A stretch of DNA of 61,996 nucleotides, from contig NW_019218201.1 of NCBI RefSeq assembly GCF_002571385.2, positions 204,832-266,827 of the forward strand, in the 5' to 3' direction. The position numbers and the translations under genes were made by a program. Positions 27,901-50,659 of this stretch are shown here, in pieces (position 1 is the first letter of the stretch; each line of letters begins with the position of its first letter). Under the pieces are notes generated by a model. It saw only the letters and a program-made list of their open reading frames with translations, did no database searches and was not told where the DNA came from. The stretch comes from Stylophora pistillata. Lineage: Eukaryota.

Positions 27901-29325
27901 GTTCATGTATTTTAACTGAAAAATGAAAATCTTTTCCATCTTTTATTCAACTGTATTGACCCTTACAAATGACTAGCATCTAATTTCTCTTTATAATTTT
28001 ACCTATGGCTGTGGTCTAGCAGCGTGCAGTGGCCCCCTGGTGCCTCAATTTTGCTCTTGGGCAACTCAGGAATCTTAGTTTTTTTTCATAAAAAGCATAT
28101 GCTGGGTACCCTGGATCTCGCAGTTTCAGACTACTGGGCTCCCTTTAATTTTTCTTGGAGCATAGCCTTGTTACCCCTGAATTCAAGATTAAGGTCACAA
28201 GAATAGGGGGAAATGATGCCCAACTACAGAAGCTCTTATTGATGGACTGATTCTCCTTGTTATAGCACCTTTAAGTTAGTATTTGAATGTATAGAGAAAG
28301 TACAGAGAATATCCATCATCGCTGATGTCAGGATACTAAATGGTCAAGTTGTGGTGATACAATTGTCTGTATCATTTCATTGCTACACTTACTTGCAATA
28401 CTGTTGCAATCATTTGTGCAATAAGCATCACACTTGCAGTTTCTGGGGGATAGTGCATTTTTCTGATAAAAAAAAATCACACTTCTATTATAAGGTTATA
28501 GAAACGGAATGCAATTTAAAACAAAAATAAATAGATCTAAAAGTTTTGTAAAGACTATATATAGAAATTTGGAAAAAATGATATGATAAAAACCTCCAGG
28601 TTTCCTGTAACTGTTCTAAAGGATGGCTGGGATCTCCTTCATTTTGTCCCAAACAAAGAGTCCTGTGGTATTGATCCCACGCACATTGCCTACACTCTTC
28701 GCTGCAATATTTAACCTATGAAGAAAATTAAAGTGATAAATAAGAGTGCTTCCATTTTGTCCAGTTCGCTTCAATTTTGATAAATTAAACTCATCGTATC
28801 TCAAATACTCCCAATTTAAAATCAAGAACTGAACCCACGAGTGGCCAGTGACCTTTTGCCTTAAAATGTTAAGTTCTGACTAAAATTTTGAGACACATGA
28901 CTTAGGCTCGGAGCGACATGACTTCGGGCAAGGTGACTCCTAGGTGGTTACCGTTCTGCCAGTGTACATTGCGTAATGAGTAGTACCTGACAGTTTTGAC
29001 AGCTAATAGTTTTCTGTCCCATACGCGTAATTTCACAACACTTGGATGCGTAAGGAAGTTGCAAGTTGTCATTTCCCGATAACCTACGCGCCATCTGCTC
29101 AGCTGTTTCCAAAGACCTCAAACAATTAGAACAAGCCGTGTACTTGTAGAGAGAATTCCACAAAAACTGGCTGCAAACCAACGGTCTTTCTTCAAAAATG
29201 AGCTCTCCTTCTCTGAAATACTTCTTGGCAAAGACGCCTTTTCCCATCTGTGGACTCACATCCTTTATAAAGACGTTCGAGAAATGAGAAAATGTTGTTT
29301 CTTCGGAGGCTGGTGCAGCAGCCAT
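21979..29325 (-). CDS. SMYD5: SET and MYND domain protein 5 (protein lysine methyltransferase), 403 aa
   Basis: 11 exons: 28987-29325, 28594-28715, 28393-28462, 27654-27758, 26713-26775, 25822-25892, 24712-24821, 24559-24615, 23755-23849, 23094-23164, 21979-22087, phases consistent. Motifs [77 protein letters not shown] and an acidic tail. Confidence 0.95.
22505..22728 (-). mobile_element. tRNA-derived SINE; same family on + at 32451-32625
   Basis: A/B-box-like gtggccgagttgttagggc...tgttcaag, plus shared core tagccaactgrtctgcctcytgccag in both copies. Confidence 0.75.
25088..25388 (-). mobile_element. tRNA-derived SINE (Deu/Nin-type core)
   Basis: Minus strand begins gtggcctcatggttggtgtgc...ggtttgagcc; core gggggtaacc-like ctgccatggac; ends ggccacttggc plus (tttacc)n tail. 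Confidence 0.75.
25389..25570 (+). mobile_element. Second tRNA-derived SINE, head-to-head with the previous one
   Basis: tcaattggttagagc (A box-like), ggttcgagccc (B box); 3' gataaggacgaataaaccgtaggccccgtctc. Confidence 0.7.
27421..27577. repeat. Intronic long inverted repeat (MITE-like hairpin)
   Basis: ccaatttgaattaccattgttctggacttactagcctc / gaggctagtaagtccagaacaatgacaattcaaattgg. Confidence 0.8.
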
Positions 29326-29620
29326 AACGCTTTTCTTGATGAGTCCGCGAAGATAAATTTATCAGCGGGATCACACTGTTTTGGCGGGAAACTCACAGGC
29401 AGCTGGCTGACAAAAAAAAGGTGGGAAATTTCATATTTTTTTCGTAATTTTTTATTATTATAAAATCTATTTTGAATTATCAGTGCTAAAGTCAAAGTCA
29501 AAGTCTTTTCCTTTCGATAATTTTTGATGGTGAAAACGTTGAAGAAAGTCCTAATATTTCAAGTTGAGGAAATTCTCCTACAGTAAAGTGACAACAACAT
29601 CGCTAAATAAAACTGCGACG
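29326..29620. promoter_or_regulatory. Bidirectional promoter (SMYD5 / orphan gene) with E2F-type site and CHR-like element
   Basis: Head-to-head genes ~300 bp apart; TTTTGGCGGGAAA at 29379-29391; TTTGAA at 29471-29476; strong GTAAGT donor at 29648. Confidence 0.55.
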
Positions 29621-30219
29621 ATGCTATTCACATATTTTGCGAGCGAGGTAAGTGTAATAGAATTAAAACCAAAAAACAAACAAAGGGAAAAGCGTATCTT
29701 TATTCTGCTGAGTCTTTCAAGCTTGATTTTGGAATTTCAGACCGTTTATAGTTTCATTAGATAGACCATTAAATTAAAAGTACAGCTGCAAGAGAATGTG
29801 TAGTCTACCTTTCTGAATAAACATCAACCGCAAGGCATTAAAATGTAGCCGTGGATTTAGAAAGCAGAGAATTCAACATCTTTGAGACCTACGCGTTGTA
29901 TTTATGAACAAAGCCCATTGCTTTTAAATTATTCAGGACTAGGCATGTCTTTATTTTTTCCTAAACACAGAAATAACGAAAGGATACTCTTCATCCAGCC
30001 CAAAAGACAGCAATCGTAACACAAAGATATGATTTTCAATACAGGTGAGAGCTTTTCATTTGAGATACAATTTTCCAACTTAAACTCTTTCTGAAGAAAG
30101 AAATCATAGCTGCACAAAGAATACTCTTTGGTTAGACATCTTGAACCATAATTTATTTTGGAAAGGAAAGAAATATTTTAAACAATTGTGACAAGTTGGT
30201 ATAATTATACTAAAGAAAA

Positions 30220-30241
30220 TTATTAAAAACTGGATCATTGA

Positions 30242-30317
<76 letters not shown>

Positions 30318-30387
30318 CAAGTGTACGCATCAGCTTAAAATCAAAAGAGAGCTAAAAAATCCGGTTTCTTCTTACAAAATAATTATT

Positions 30388-30422
<35 letters not shown>

Positions 30423-30470
30423 TCGCACTTGTTGGATATGAGATGATTATAGCTAACTTGGCGCTACGCA

Positions 30471-30502
<32 letters not shown>

Positions 30503-30531
30503 ACATGCTTGTGGAATAATTGTTAAATATA
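30220..30531. mobile_element. Double-hairpin non-autonomous element (Crypton-like), family C, reverse orientation
   Basis: IR-B ttattaaaaac / gtttttaataa; spacer AACAA; IR-A ttattccac..ggatatgagatga / tcatctcatatcc..gtggaataa; ends aaatata. Confidence 0.75.
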
Positions 30532-30626
30532 CTTCTGTGTTTGCGATACTGACCACAGCCAAAGGAGAGGGGGAATCCAGGAGTTCTAAATATCATACGT
30601 TAGTATTTACCTTTTCTTTTTTTAGC

Positions 30627-31685
30627 ATGCAGAAGTTGAAGATTCAAGATGAGAAGTTTCATAGCGCAGTGAAGACAGCTAGAAATCATACTATGGATCA
30701 AAAACAGTTTAGTCCTCTTAATATTGTAATAACCAAGAGAAGAGCACCTGTATATAAAGGATATACCAAGAAAAGGAAAGGATCTAAAAGTTATTATGCT
30801 GGTAAGCTTATATGATGGCGTTATGCTACAGGAAAGTAGTTACTCTAGTTTGAGCTTGGAAAGCTTGGCCATTAGAATGCAGGTGTACTTTGCTACCCCC
30901 ACATTTTATCGGTAAGTGCTTCTAACTAACTTCTATAGCCTGAGAGATAAACATCTTTGTACTATTTTACTAATTCAGAGAGTTTTCGACGCAAAAACTG
31001 ACAAAATCAAGTGTCATTCTAATAGGACAATCTTGATAGCTATGATAGCAAACTTGCCTGCAGAATTTACCTGCATGCAGCATGCTGCTATTTTGCATTT
31101 CACTCTTTGTAATAAAGGCGATTGATTGTCATATTTCTTCATTTCATAGATAGAATGACCTTCCCAGAAAATCTTAGTGACAGCTTTCATCAGGGAATGC
31201 TTAACAACATGGAAATTTGCCTTGAAAACATCAATATAGATCATGAATTACCAGCACTAAAGTCACTTAAAGAAAGAAGAAAATCAGAAATAACAGCGAG
31301 TGGCACAAAGAAGTTTGCAACTCCTGAAATACCAGCTTTACATTTAAATAACTTTTCTAAAGCAAACCAGCTTGGCAAACCATTACCAGCAATTCGTAGG
31401 ACCCCACACCCTCCATTAGTAGTACATCAGATGAGAGAACATAGAGCCTGTTCCACCATACCAGAGACACCTCTACTTGCACATACATCTCAAGAGGTAG
31501 CAGAGTATTGTGACCAATATTCAACACTCCTAAATGCCCCAGAAACACCAGTAGTATTATTAAAGGAGAAAAAAAAAGATCAGGCTAGCTGTGCTACAAA
31601 ATGGGAACCACATCATGTGCAAATAGTTCCAGAAACCCCGGCTTTAAAACTGAAATTACCTGATGAGTTATCACTTTATGATTGA
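30627..31685 (+). CDS. Uncharacterised 236-aa, likely disordered protein with three (I/A/V)PETP motifs
   Basis: Coding exons 30627-30801 and 31150-31685 joined by a phase-1 GT-AG intron; probable 5'UTR exon ending at 29647; AATAAA motifs downstream (~31768, ~31825). Confidence 0.65.
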
Positions 31686-33113
31686 CTTGAAAAAAATCAG
31701 TCAACTGACAGCTTGTAAAAGCAAGATACTAAATCTTAGAACTAGAAATAACGAGTTAATTCCAAAAAATAAAGTTGATTTTTGTAATTTAATCTAAATT
31801 GAACACCAATTGTGGTATTATATTAAATAAATTTAATTTAAGTGTTGTTTTATACATATGCAAGAATATCAAAAATAATTCACTGCTGTTTAGTAACATA
31901 ATGGTATTGTTTTAAACCTGAAACACACAAACATGACATTATTTAAATGTGTGAATAATGATAAACACATAACTAGATTCAGGCTGCTTGAGAAATCAAT
32001 CTCTACTTTGCTCAGTAAGAGGTTATTTTCTACACCTTCACAGGTTATTTTCTCTCACAATTTTGGACAGGATTACTTCTTTACATCTTTACCCTTTCCA
32101 AAACATGGGAGTAAAATACAAATGTTTGTCTCGCATTGTTCATAAATCTACCTACCTGTACATTGATTCTATAAATTATTATACACCAGTATTCTTTTTG
32201 ACATATTCCATCAAAAAGCAATTATGATACAAGTTAAAGGATAATATTTACATACATACAGTACAGTTCAATTGTAACATGATCATAACTCTGTATTACA
32301 AGTTTGATTACTGCACGAGTCTTACACTACAGTACAAGGAGATTTGAATGAGGCCTATAGGTTTAAACTCAAAGATTCATTGAGGTAGAGGGTTCTGAAT
32401 GTACTGTTTATCCCATTCATAGGAAAAGCATGTCACCTGCTAGGTTCACTCAGCATAGCTGAGTAGTTAGGGTGCTGGACTTGTAATCCAGTATCCTGGG
32501 TTCAAGTCCTCCACCCTGCTAGTCACTGGATTTGTTCTTGGTTGCCCTGAGCTCAAGCCCTCACTAAATAGCCAACTGATCTGCCTCCTGCCAGTAGGGA
32601 CTTTCAAACACTTTATCTTTATTTAAAATTTGTTTCTCTCACACACACATTGTAAAGTACTTAGAGGCTTGCTATAAGTGCTATAAAGAAAATTGTAATT
32701 ATTATTACTATTATTCAATCCATACCATATTCTTGATTATGCTCTCTGTGAACATTTGAAATTTGTCTTGCATGTGATTTTTTGGGGCAAAACAGGATAA
32801 TCACACCTGAAAAATCTTAACTGGACACTGAGGAACATAAAGTACTTTGTGGTTTGGTTTGCTAATATGTACTGATCTTCTTATTTGATTGATGCTACTG
32901 AACACAGTGTAATATAATATTTCCCTCATAATTATTTCAAGTGCTCATGTTTGATGTAATGTGAGGAAAATATGTTTTGAATTTATCACCACAACCCATA
33001 TTCACAACTGTTCTACTCTGAGTCTACACCAGCTTGAAATGTCACATGCATTGACATTTTTGTGCACACACATTTCTCTTTCAGCTGAGAAAAAGAAATT
33101 ATGAGACTAATTG

Positions 33114-34745
33114 TTATGAATTCTCTGATGTCTGCTCTTCTGTGTCAGGAGGGATAAGGGGAGTTGAACTTTCATGATCCCCTTCACTCTGCAAAAATAT
33201 TTCACCATTTTGAAAGTTGTCTGCATCATCTTCCAAATTCTCATTTGCTAGTGGGTCCGCATAAGGGGGCGGTGCATTTTCTACATCTGATGGAGGTCCC
33301 AGGCTACCCATAGCTTCTACTTCAGCATAAGATGGCAAATTGTACTTGGGATAAGAAAAAAATTCCTCATAGGGAGTAAGTGGTTGATCTTCTGTTCTGG
33401 CTGGAGCCAATGGGTAAATGAAATTCCTGATGTGTCCATGCCATCCGTAGTGACGTCTGCGTTGATATGCACAGCAGCATCCCAATATGCTTATCACAGC
33501 CCAAACCAGCCAAAACCCTGTAAGTCACCAGGTAATATTGTCATCAATCCCACAGACATCGGCTTTACAATTCAGCTTTTTGCCAATGTTCATTGTTAAC
33601 CAATTTATCTTACCACAAAGACACACCCACCTAACACCCATGTACACAACAAACAAAACAAATCAAAGAAAAAAAAAATCAAAACAACGCGAAATTTAGA
33701 GAGGCTCACTTACACCAGGCCTTGTAGTACTTGAAGTAGTTACAACAGTCAAAGTCTCCACAGCATTGGCCTTCATGATTATTTCAAAAAGGTAAACAGA
33801 GAAAAAATAAAAATCTTTGAGGCAAATTAACCAAACAGGCTTTTTTTCTGTATTGCTGTTAGCAAGTACTACTTTTACCTTCGATTTGAGTTATGAATAT
33901 AACTATGAATATAATAGCTGAATCACGGAGACTGAAATTTGTTTTAGGTAAATTTTTGTTACAGCAAAATAAAATGTAAGTTGCAATTCGCAATTAACTG
34001 GATTTACAAGTATGCAAGCGTTCTTGCTGTTTTCAAAGTGTTGTGCAAAGAACAAAGTCACAGAAGATTGCTACCAAACTTAAAAAAATTGATGGATTTT
34101 ACCTTCATCACAGAAGTATTCTTTTCCTTCATGAGATCCACAATATTCCTTTGCCTAGGCAATGCAGACGGTAATAACGATCGATGTATTATTCAACAAA
34201 TGTTGCGAAAACCTTGGACCATGTTACACACTTAAAGTTAAGTTTATCACATCTTCACAATAGTGATCATTACATACTATTTCCAATTAGAAAATTCAAA
34301 ATCGAATTAACGTGAAGTTTCCAGTAATCTAAAAATGCATCTGATACTAAAGGAGTAATTTCAAAAACCTGTCGGCTACCGGACAATTCTTGACACTTCG
34401 AATTCAATTTTACACATAATAATTTGTATACTGTTAACTGTTTGCAATATATCACGCTGTCGGTGTTTAATATGATCTTGAGAGCCCTTATTCATCGGAT
34501 TTCATGAAAATCGAATGATCGACTCGTCTGAGTTAGTGCCTGATACCTTTTAAACATAGTTTTGTGTTTGGGCGCGTTCAGATAACACAACAAGTGCATT
34601 TGTTTTGAAGTAGTGCGTTCCACAACACCTACGGGCGAACGGTGCAAATTTTACGCTTTCAAGATTTGTAACCTACCAAAGCTTCTCCGATCCACAGATT
34701 GGCTGTAGCAAAAAGACAAAATAATCGGGATGGAAGGGAATCCAT
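33114..34745 (-). CDS. WBP1: WW domain-binding protein 1-like (WBP1/VOPP1 family) single-pass membrane protein, 193 aa
   Basis: Exons 34677-34745 (signal peptide MDSLPSRLFCLFATANLWIGEAL), 34103-34154, 33714-33770, 33114-33517. Cys-rich ectodomain C..[40 protein letters not shown], cytoplasmic LPSY and PPPY motifs. Confidence 0.9.
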
Positions 34746-36490
34746 GATGCAGAATCAAGTTTTCTCCTTAATTTAAAAGACGTTTGGAACACAAAAGGTA
34801 TAGAGTAACGACTTAAAAGAAGATGCTTCGCTTGACTGGTGACCAATGATAGGCTGTGTCCCTCAGCTAAACAAGTCACGCAACTTTAAGTGGCGTGACT
34901 TTAGTTAGCCGTCTTCTGTAAATACAATTATGATAAGATTTGTTTAATTTGAACTGCGTGGAAACTAAATTTTTGTAAGTCATCATTTGTTTATCTATGC
35001 TAAACGCATGAAGCAGCTAAAATAAAACAGGCCATTTTCATCAAGTATATTCCGAGGTAAAACTCAACTGTATGTGAATTTCATTTTAAGCAGTGTTGAT
35101 TTAACTAACTTTGTTAATCAACATTCACTAAGTAAATTGATTGGCGTAGACAAGATTTAACCCGAAGGTTACAACGCAGAATATGAAGAACGAATGTACC
35201 GGTAAATGTCATTTTGTTTTGAGTACAGAGTAGTATTTTCTAGGCTACATTAAAAATTTCATTCAAAAATGTGTTCGGTAGAATTGAGTGACCGTAAGAC
35301 TATTTTCCACATGTAAGTATCCAAGATATTCAAATTTCTTCACCTTTTAAATCGTAAACTTTCCACTAATGCACTCGTTATTTCATGTTTCATGGAATGT
35401 ATGCGAGCCAATGTTACAAAATCTGTAAGAATAAACAACCAAGCACGAGTAACCAGAAATAGGGATGAAGGGTGGAAACGAAATTTAGAATTGATCAAGA
35501 ACAAGTGTGATGCAAGGGGGAAAAACTAAGTCCATGAAGACTCGAACCTTAAAATTCCGATCTAGCAGCTGGATGCTTAAACCACTGAGTAACAGACATC
35601 TCGTCTTTGGGAAGGCCATAAAAACAACTGAATGTGACAAATACGATGAGATTCTCAACTGAAAATTAAGACAAAAGTTGCCTATGGTTGAATGCGATTT
35701 TAACGCTTTTCAGCTATGTTAACGTGTTAGAAGCGGTCTGTTTTTATAAGCAAGCAGAACTTACGGTTGTAAATACAATTTTTTTTTCAGCTCAAGGGTA
35801 TAATAGTCGGCATGTCACACAAAGAAGAAAAAATAACCTCAAGACAAAACAAAAAAAAAACAAAAAAAAGAAAGAGACTAACTATCAAGTAAACACCAAC
35901 TCTCAATTTAATCTACAATAGATTAATATTCTACACTTGTTAAATCAAAAGTCAGGACTTTCTAATTAATCGATGGTACAAACAATAAACCAACAGCCTC
36001 TGATTCACCACAAGTAAGACGGAAGTGAATTCACCATTTTACTCCAGTCTCGTATTACTGAGATCAGACTTTCAAACAGTTTGCGCGGTTGACCAGAACA
36101 CATTTCACTCCTTTTGCCCAACCTTAAAAAACAGTGTATCGTGCGCGTTAACTTTAGCCTTTTTAATGGACAAATACCCCTTCTACATCATCTCCATTTA
36201 TGATTAATAACTAACGGCAGGTCTCCAACACAATCAGAAATCATAAATCCCTTGGAGGTTTGAAGGGATTTTACACAATTTTATCGGTGCCAGACCTAAT
36301 AAACGCTGCGGTACGAGGCAAGGTGGGAGGGGAGGGTGAGATGGTTTTACCAACATGTTAGTAACTGCAGTTTGTGTGCTATTTCATATCAATCTACGAT
36401 GGCCAGAGAAGAAATTTTTGAGATGGTTAAGGCCTCTTTCGCTTTCCCATCATTCGCTGCTCCCCTAACCCAGCGCCGTGCTCAATATTT

Positions 36491-36860
36491 GGGACCTTAA
36501 AGCAAACCACGACGGCAACGACAACGAGGACGTGGAAAAACAAAAGATCTAATTGGCACAACAATAGCTCAGCACGTGCATTTTAAAACTTAGTACATTC
36601 CTTAGCCGTCCTTTGCAAAACAACAACGTGAAATCACCAAACTTTGCGTCGTCTTTGAACCGAAACCGTGACGGCAAATTATTTTAATTTCCATTAAGAA
36701 CTCAACGCTACTTTTATACGTTATATGTTGAGGTTGAGTTGTGGCGCCGTATGAGATGGTAAATACATGCAGCCATTTTCGAAATTCTGATTAAAAGTAG
36801 AAATTCATTTTTTAATCGACGTTTTCCTTGGTGTTGTCGTCCTAACTGCTTAAGTTCCCT
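36491..36860. mobile_element. ~370 bp MITE (PIF/Harbinger-like), copy 2
   Basis: gggaccttaaagca...tgcttaagttccc; aligns along its length with 6868-7235. Confidence 0.85.
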
Positions 36861-37335
36861 ATTGTATGAAGACGACTCGGGACGAATCAAGCGCTAGACT
36901 CATTGCAGATCGACCTCTGGCCGGCTCTCGTTTCTCAAAGCCTCATACTTACGCGCATGCCAAAACTTCAGACAGCAATGACTGCAAAATTTGTTCTGAG
37001 CGCCTGGTTTGGCCATACAGGCTAAATAATTACTGTTTAGCTGTACCTGTATTTGAACGCAATCATATATCAACAGTCCTGTACAATATAATGACTGCTG
37101 ACAAACATATATAGACAGAAGCACACATAAATGACTTCTATGTCTGCTTGGTTAGCATCAATCGATTTGCTTAAAGACCCTTGACTGTCTGTTAAAACCT
37201 CTTAGCTTGGTGAGGGAGAGGCATGTAATATTTTAATTAAGACTGAACAATGCAACTGTTCTTATAATAGTGAGGGTAGTAAATTCATAGTTCATGTCTA
37301 GATGCAATGCACTTGTAAGAAAGCTTCTCTTCTTG

Positions 37336-47224
<9,889 letters not shown>

Positions 47225-47749
47225 TCAAACTGGCTAGAAAACCAGAAAAGAACAGCTTCGACTAGCGGTATTTAAAATATCTTCCAAAATAAAAATCGAT
47301 CCTGAATTTCTTAAGATTTTCTTAGTAAACTCTGTATTTTCTGCCAAGCGCGCACTTCGTTGCCGGTTACTGCGCGAAATGGTGCAATTTGTCCATATTT
47401 GGAAACACGTGCGTGAATGACAAAGTACACTTTCGGGGGATCTGAGCGGAAGTTTCCCACATTTCCGTCCATGTTGTTCCCAGATCCCTGCGGGATTTCC
47501 CTAGTCACAATCTGTTGACTTTTCGTGGAATGACAAGAGATTTTTCCCACTGTTTTGCAAACTGAAAATGTTTAAAATCATGTAATATCTTTTGAATGAA
47601 TCACCTTTTTCTTCAAAGGTCACATGTGACTCAAAAATAACTTTCTTTCAGACTTCCTGGGGAAGTGCAAAATTTAGTTTTTTTTTTTCCATCAAAAACA
47701 TCTGTCCATGCATATTTCTTTCTTACATTGTTCACACTTAGTACAAGAG

Positions 47750-47940
47750 TGATCTTCGCAGGTATGAACTCTACTTAAGCACTAGTGAAAATAAGGCCTG
47801 AAAAAAGTTCAGGCCTGTACAGGATTCAAACCCATGACCTCTGCGATAATGGTGCAGTGCTCTACCAACTGAGCTAACAAGCCAACTGGGAGGTGGTCAT
47901 GGTGTTGGTTTGTAATAAACCCTTGAAGTGACGAGTCATA
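47750..47940 (-). mobile_element. tRNA-related SINE-like repeat
   Basis: Minus strand tagctcagttggtagagcactgcacc...gggtttgaatcctgtacaggcctgaa; no proper tRNA acceptor stem. Confidence 0.65.
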
Positions 47941-49127
47941 GTTTGTGAATATATAAACAAAGTTGCAAATAAAGATTTCAAAGACTTTTTTCTTATTGAT
48001 ATTACAATTGAACTCACAGTCTGATTTGAAGGCAATTTATTAAAGTGAAATGTCTTTTACTGATGGTTATTTGATGCAATCAAAAGGAATTTTAAGAACA
48101 AGGAGGTAAATTCATGTGGATCTAGCTTTCAAGTTGGAACAAAAAGAATACATCCAGATTTGGAAAAGTATGCAGTTGCCATCTCTGAGAGGTTTCTTTC
48201 TTCCTTTTTTTAAATCTAAAGTTTGAAGGAAGTTTACAGCGAGGAGGGCAATAACCAATACACCCTCTGAATGAGGCCTTCCAGTGAAGGGGTACACAGA
48301 ATAAAGCCCTCTGACCTCTGGTGCAACTGGTGCTAATTCTCTCTCTGTCTCAAAGTTGAATCAAAGACAATTCAAAGGGAAAATCTAACACTCTGTCATA
48401 CACCATAAGGGGAGTCACCATTACATCCTCCCCTTTAACTGTTTTTGTGAAATTACATTGGTAGAAATATGGAAATAAAGTCTCTTTCATCAAGTTTATT
48501 AGGTTAATGTTCTTCTCAATGCAGAGGCACATCACAATAACCGATGAGTGAATGACTGCATGTAAAATGTTTCCGGTAATGACATTACCAAACATATCCG
48601 AGATAAGACCATGTATTTTGCTGATTTGCTTTTCTCTAATTCCTGTGGCCATCCAAGTCCAAGTGTCCTCTCTCAGACAATTTTATGGAATTATAAATGT
48701 TTCTTTAATTTATAGAGAGTTGATTTGAACATTTCCTCCTCGGTTTTCTTCAGTGATAGGCGTGAAGCCTGTAGCAACCTCAATTCCATCCTGCCTTTTC
48801 ATTCTGTTCACTAACAAAGTCATTTAGTGTAGCAATCCTGTTTACATCTTTCCTAGCTCACAACTAATCTCGAATCTTTAACATGTAGTGTTGGATTCTA
48901 CCATCAGGAGCTCTACCAGACACCCAGCTTCAAGGGGAAAACAAAACAACGAAACAAATCAATCAATCAATCAATCGATCAAAAAGCAGTTATACCAGCC
49001 ACAAAAAAATTGAATCCATTAAACTGAGGGAAGGGAGGGGGAAAAATCTACAGTTTCCTTGATTTCAGAAACTTCCCTGAGTGGAGACTTCCATCTTAGA
49101 TGTTTTTAGATGTTACGAAAATTTCAG

Positions 49128-50262
49128 CAAGAAAAACACACAACGTTTTGATGACTCCATGTCATCATTCTCAAGTGAGAAGAGAATAAAAATGAATAGT
49201 TAATTTATACCGTATGAAGGTGACAAACGTAAAAAGTTAAAAATTTTTTAGAAATTCAAATAAATAATTGCGCGTGTTGAGTTCATAAATGTAAACTATT
49301 AAATAAATAGTTTCACCCGTATGGAATCTGATTGTTTGTTCAAAGAGGGCTTCATCTTCTTTATGAAAAGCATTTCATGAACTAAACAGTCCAGTTTCCC
49401 GGTGCACTTTTTAAGTACGTTGAAATGCTTGGTCAGGTCGCCGATGGTTTGTAGGCCGTGGTTGTTCTTTAGACGTTTGCCGATGGCCGAATTACGGTGC
49501 TCATTAATACGTTGATGTAAATGCCAGCTGGTGTACCCGACGTACTCTGCATCACACAGATCACATTTATTATTATATACAACGCATTGTTGGCCAACTA
49601 TAGGAGGTTTAGGCTCACGTACTCTGAGATCTTCACAGATTTTGCGACTCTTGAACACGGGATGAAGGGTGTGATCGATTTTGTTGCTTAGATCTGATAA
49701 TTGCCTTTTCACTGCATCAGCTGACTTTTGATCTTTAAAAGGCAAAACCACTCGCTGAACAGCATTTTCGTTGATGGATAATTGAGCTTGCACTCCAGGG
49801 TTTTCCGACCTAACTGAGGTGACAAAGTGAGAGATGATGGAATTGATGAGGTGGTCGGGATACTTGAGCTTTGTAAACATCATCTTTAGGTGATCACATT
49901 CAGATTTGAAGGACTCCCATGTGGACGACAGGCGGAATGCACGATTCAACATGGTCTTAAGTAGTGATTTCTTGTACCTTTTATCGACGTGGCTCTGGTG
50001 ATGAAGCAATAGGCCTGTGTTTGGTGGTTTCCGATAAACACTAGTTTCTAGTTTACAGCCTTTCTTGAGCACCTCCATACTTCCATTTATTTCAATTTTT
50101 AAAAAAAATTTAACTTTTTACGTTTGTCACCTTCGTACGGTATAAATTAACTATTCATTTTTATTCTCTTCTCACTTGAGAATAATGACATGGAGTCATC
50201 GAAACGTTGTGTGTTTTTCTCGCTAATATTTATTCTTAAATGTCTAAAAAAATCTAATGTCA
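49128..50262 (-). mobile_element. 5'-truncated Penelope-like retroelement with inverted pseudo-LTRs
   Basis: ORF 49299-50078 has the RT C-terminus (TSVYRKP..LKTMLNRA) and a GIY-YIG endonuclease (CVVY..CDLCDAEYVGYT..LHQRINEH). 49128-49265 is inverted at 50086-50222. 14-bp TSD tacgaaaatYtcag at 49114-49127 and 50263-50276. Confidence 0.92.
50172..50210 (+). ncRNA. Minimal hammerhead-ribozyme-like motif in Penelope pLTR (second copy on - at ~49140-49175)
   Basis: cTTGAGAA-taatgac atgga gtcat-cGAAAcg: variant core flanking a short stem, as known for Penelope-like elements. Confidence 0.55.
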
Positions 50263-50659
50263 TACGAAAATCTCAGTCAGTTTACCAGCCAAACTGGCTA
50301 GTGGAAATTGAAAACCACTAGCCAAAACTGAATTTCAACTAGTCTGTGGCTAGTAGGCTACCGTTAGTGTCGAGCCCTAACTAGGCAGAGATTTTGTCAT
50401 ATTTTATTCAACCAATAATACGAGATTAACGTCCTTACCACTGGTAGGATTTCCTTCTCTTTTCAATAGCTCTTCCCTCTTCTTTGAAGGCAAAGTATAA
50501 CACAAGGATCGGATGCATTTCCTTTGGTCTTCGACTCAACAACTTTTAGGATGCCATTTTTCTACTATCATCCCCAGGCCCCCTCATGAAAATATATCAA
50601 GGCATCATGGGAAAAATTATGGCAGGCGGTACGGCAGGCCAGTACTTACCTCAAACTTA

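Noticed and set aside
47800-47880. tRNA gene (similar segments at 15355-15435, 25389-25450, 32451-32515)
   Set aside because: A/B boxes are present but there is no full cloverleaf, and the sequence continues into repeat bodies, so these are SINE heads.
48100-48900. Possible decayed coding sequence on the minus strand
   Set aside because: Multiple stops and no motif I can recognise; it cannot be assigned without a database search.
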